In this document: positions 61,283 through 64,000 of the stretch, one piece after another
Layout of the letters: every line of letters begins with the position of its first letter
Numbering within the stretch: position 1 is the stretch's first letter
NCBI GenBank assembly: GCA_036479435.1
Contig: JAZGFI010000243.1
Span: 41,227 to 105,226, forward strand
Source of the DNA: Planctomycetota bacterium
GTDB taxonomy: Bacteria; Planctomycetota; GCA-002687715; DRQF01
DNA: 64,000 nt
Direction: 5' to 3'
Translations under genes and position numbers: made by a program
Notes under the pieces: generated by a model
Told to the model about the DNA's origin: nothing
Database searches by the model: none
The model's input: the letters and a program-made list of their open reading frames with translations, nothing else

Positions 61283-61339
61283 CTCGAATGGCTAGGTTTT
61301 GGAAAGGCTCACCTCGGGTTGAGCGAGAACCATGCCAGG

Positions 61340-62101
61340 TTACTTGTTGATGACTCTCAATATCTGTAGTTGTTCTTTTTTGGAGTAGTCGCCGCCACCG
61401 CGAGTGAGCTCAACGAACTCGCTAATGACGCCGTTGACAGTTGCGACATGAAAGACCATGCCGTCGAAGATGACGACGACATTGTTGCCCACGATCTTCT
61501 TGCTGAAGTTGGCCATGAGTTCTTGGCGCTTGGAGCAAAGATGAAGCTTGAGGCCTTTGGACCAGTGCCAGGCACCACCAGATACTCGTTGATACACTCC
61601 TTTCGAGATCTCGGCGGAACGAAAATCATCCTCGTTGAAGAAGCCGCGCCCGAGTTTGAGTTTCAGGCCTGAGTCTAAGTAGATCCATTGTCCATAGATC
61701 TCCCATGGGCGTTCGTCTAGTTGCTCCCTGAATTCCTGTTGGCGCCTTGCCGACTCTTCGGCGGTGACATCAATCCCAAAACTCGGTGAGTCGGGAAACC
61801 AAAGGAAGCCCTCCGGCGGGATCCAAACGCTGGTGGGGTCCAGCTGCCGCCTTCGAAGACCAGCTTCTCGGTTCATTTCAAAACTCATTCGATCAAAGAC
61901 GATGCTGCCCGCTCGATCACCATTGTTGGCGACACGGCCCATCAGAAACTTACTAAGGGCGACGGCCTCGGCCTGCGAGTAGGTCTTCGTCTTGCATTCG
62001 GTGTGAGAATTCGACTCCGACGGACCACAGGCCGCCAGGAGAAAGACAATCGACACGACGCGAAGTAACCACCATCGAACTGGATTAACGCAACGTCCCA
62101 T
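61340..62101 (-). CDS. lipoprotein with C-terminal SecDF P1-head-like subdomain
   Basis: Lipobox LLAAC; ANFSKKIVGNNVVVIFDGMVFHVATVNGVI...GGGDYS resembles the SecD P1 head. Confidence 0.6.
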   Translation of the reverse strand: MGRCVNPVRWWLLRVVSIVFLLAACGPSESNSHTECKTKTYSQAEAVALSKFLMGRVANNGDRAGSIVFDRMSFEMNREAGLRRRQLDPTSVWIPPEGFLWFPDSPSFGIDVTAEESARRQQEFREQLDERPWEIYGQWIYLDSGLKLKLGRGFFNEDDFRSAEISKGVYQRVSGGAWHWSKGLKLHLCSKRQELMANFSKKIVGNNVVVIFDGMVFHVATVNGVISEFVELTRGGGDYSKKEQLQILRVINK

Positions 62102-62117
62102 CACTCCACCTTTGTCC

Positions 62118-62594
62118 TCAATCCGGGCTTCCTGAACCATGGCCGGGATGAGGTTCTGAATTCTCGAGGCGTTCCACGTCCGCAAGATCTTGCAGCCGCC
62201 CTGACGATTTCTTGTTCACAATGAGGTGAGCGCGCGAAAGCACCGGGACCGACTCGCCACCAAATCGAGAGATCACTCGGTCGGGCCAAGCATCCGAGAA
62301 AACGACGCCGTCGATGCTCGTGATGACATCGATCCTGACGGGGGCCACGCCGATTTGAAACACAACTCCAGGGACAGCCAAGTCAGCAAGCGACAGATCG
62401 TGTAGTGGTGCGCCGAACTCCGAGAGCGCCGCGAGCACGCGAACGGCATTCTCTCGGCTGGGGTGTATCCAAATGTCGAGGTCCTTAGTTGCACGAACAT
62501 GACCATGTGCGGCTAAGGCGTGCGCACCGACGACCATGTATTCAACGGCCTTTGCGTTGAACCCGGCTAACAGTTCGACGAAGTCGTGGTTCAA
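62118..62594 (-). CDS. minimal nucleotidyltransferase (DUF6036/AbiEii-like)
   Basis: YMVVGAHALAAHGHVRATKDLDIWI, LIVNKKSSGRLQDLADVERL. Confidence 0.85.
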   Translation of the reverse strand: MNHDFVELLAGFNAKAVEYMVVGAHALAAHGHVRATKDLDIWIHPSRENAVRVLAALSEFGAPLHDLSLADLAVPGVVFQIGVAPVRIDVITSIDGVVFSDAWPDRVISRFGGESVPVLSRAHLIVNKKSSGRLQDLADVERLENSEPHPGHGSGSPD

Positions 62595-62754
62595 CGGTGT
62601 CCTCCTTGTTCCAGGCGTAGCAAAGAAGGGTCAGCTGCCAGACGGCTTCGATGCGCTGTTCCATGGTGGAGTCTACTTTGTCATCGTCGTCGGTCTTATC
62701 CCCCGGTCTTATGACGCGGGTGGTGACGCCTTTTCGGATAGCTCGATTATCCAT
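62542..62754 (-). CDS. small protein upstream of the NTase, putative antitoxin/partner
   Basis: 70 aa with 'STMEQRIEAVWQLT...EPRLRRTVSRV'; overlaps the NTase start by 53 nt. Confidence 0.65.
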   Translation of the reverse strand: MDNRAIRKGVTTRVIRPGDKTDDDDKVDSTMEQRIEAVWQLTLLCYAWNKEDTVEPRLRRTVSRVQRKGR

Positions 62755-62995
62755 GGTGCCATTCTACCACACCACAATGCGTGCTGCCGCATCAACGCAA
62801 ACCGAGCAGCCTGCTTCCCACTGGAAGGCCCTGGCTCGTCCATCGTCAAACGTCGAGAAGGTGCTTTTGGATGAAGTTTTCTTGAGGTGGCAGCGGCGAT
62901 GGAGAATTCGCCACTGCCAGTGAAGAAAAGTCGGCGGTTTATCGACGTCGCAGAAGGCCAAAAGAGCTTTCTTGCCGTGCCGATCCTCGAAAAGA

Positions 62996-64000
62996 CTAAG
63001 GACCGTAGAGCATCTGAAGGCCGTTGCTGATCGCATCGGGCGAGGTGATTTGCGCGGCCTGAATGTAGAGCGGCGTGCCCGCAATCGCTGGTCGCGAGAG
63101 AGAATCAAAGGACCGAAATTGCCCCTGCGAATCGGCCATCACCGAAGCCGTGATAATGAGGTCCTGCGGAATCGGCGAGATCCACAGGGGGTGGTTGGCG
63201 CCAAAAGTGCTGCCATCCCAAGGGGCTAGGCTCACCCCGAAAAAGAGGGCTGCGTTTGGCAAAGCGCCATCCAACTCGATGAAGCCAAGGCGTGGTTCGG
63301 CCGGGTTGGGTGACCAGGAAAGCTCAAGCGAACTTCCGGGCGTCGATGTTCCGTAGGCTTCCGCGCCGTGAGTCGCAGTTGCGAAAACCTGCAGCATGAC
63401 TTGATTGGGTTGCAAGACCGTTGACGCTGAAGTGATGTGTGAGATCTCACTGATCCCGTCGCCGTTTAAGTCACCGGGGTAGCCGATCGCAATCCTCTGT
63501 TGAAGCACAGAAGGGCTAACCGGCGTCGCGAATTCTGGCATGAGACCGTCTTGGAGCACCTGACCGTCTACCCCTGAAAGCACCCGTGCGGTGTAGATAC
63601 CGAGAAAAGAACCATCAAGGAGGATGACGGCAAGGCCCAGATCGTCGAAGCCGTCGCCGTTGGTATCACCCGCGTTCTGGAGGTAGGTGAATCGTTCCGT
63701 AGCTGTCGCGCTTACTGTCCAAAGCGTTTGGCCACCCAAGGACGAATGAGCGCTCACGGTGCTTTGCCCGAAGAGGACTCCAGGGGCCAAGACCGCTAAA
63801 TCCTTGGCGCCGTCGGCGTTGACGTCTGACATCGCGGCGATATCCGTACCAAACTGTGCTTGGGTCTGTTGACCAAACCAGTTGAGTAGGATCCAGTTGT
63901 CCGTAACTGTCCGGTGAACCCCATCTTTTTGTCGCGCTGACAGAGCACAAGATACCTCCTCTTTTGTTCCTGAGGAGTGATCGCAATGAAGAGCGTAGAA
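62996..64000 (-). CDS. FG-GAP repeat protein with C-terminal shared domain (5' end uncertain; frame open to the window edge)
   Basis: FGTDIAAMSDVNADGAKDLAVLAP, AGDTNGDGFDDL, PGDLNGDGISEI; I read no stop in this frame from 63832 to 64000. Confidence 0.75.
   Translation of the reverse strand, partial: FYALHCDHSSGTKEEVSCALSARQKDGVHRTVTDNWILLNWFGQQTQAQFGTDIAAMSDVNADGAKDLAVLAPGVLFGQSTVSAHSSLGGQTLWTVSATATERFTYLQNAGDTNGDGFDDLGLAVILLDGSFLGIYTARVLSGVDGQVLQDGLMPEFATPVSPSVLQQRIAIGYPGDLNGDGISEISHITSASTVLQPNQVMLQVFATATHGAEAYGTSTPGSSLELSWSPNPAEPRLGFIELDGALPNAALFFGVSLAPWDGSTFGANHPLWISPIPQDLIITASVMADSQGQFRSFDSLSRPAIAGTPLYIQAAQITSPDAISNGLQMLYGP

Noticed and set aside
62764..63108. 114-aa minus-strand ORF between the FG-GAP gene and the small NTase partner
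   Set aside because: It overlaps the FG-GAP gene end in another frame and has no recognisable motif or RBS.

Overview
A GC-rich bacterial chromosomal segment, mostly housekeeping, with about 50 CDS and four tRNAs. Gene content suggests Planctomycetota, which is an inference. Recognisable genes include truB, acs, a MacAB-TolC-type exporter, a deoxyhypusine-synthase-like enzyme, maf, pfkA, fbp, a MutS-like ATPase, a MoxR AAA+ pair, ygiQ, a MATE pump, sthA, gltA, pepP and glutamine synthetase III. I saw no prophage, integrase, transposase or CRISPR array. The most notable observations are: (1) a 71-aa bacterial histone-fold protein with a lysine-rich N-terminal tail, inside the tRNA cluster; (2) a ~120-aa domain with consensus G-x-F...L-x-G-x-x-(L)Y-x-Q...SNG-(L/V) shared by four extracytoplasmic proteins, three times at the C-terminus and once at the N-terminus, a candidate sorting or surface-attachment module; (3) an HPF/RaiA ribosome-hibernation domain fused to an ECF-sigma-like module; (4) a MoxR partner that appears to carry a degenerate vWA domain; (5) a candidate nucleotidyltransferase toxin-antitoxin pair; (6) a 179-bp MITE with terminal inverted repeats and a TTA duplication, plus a partial second copy; (7) several probable pseudo-enzymes. 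All family calls come from motif recognition by eye; no searches were run.
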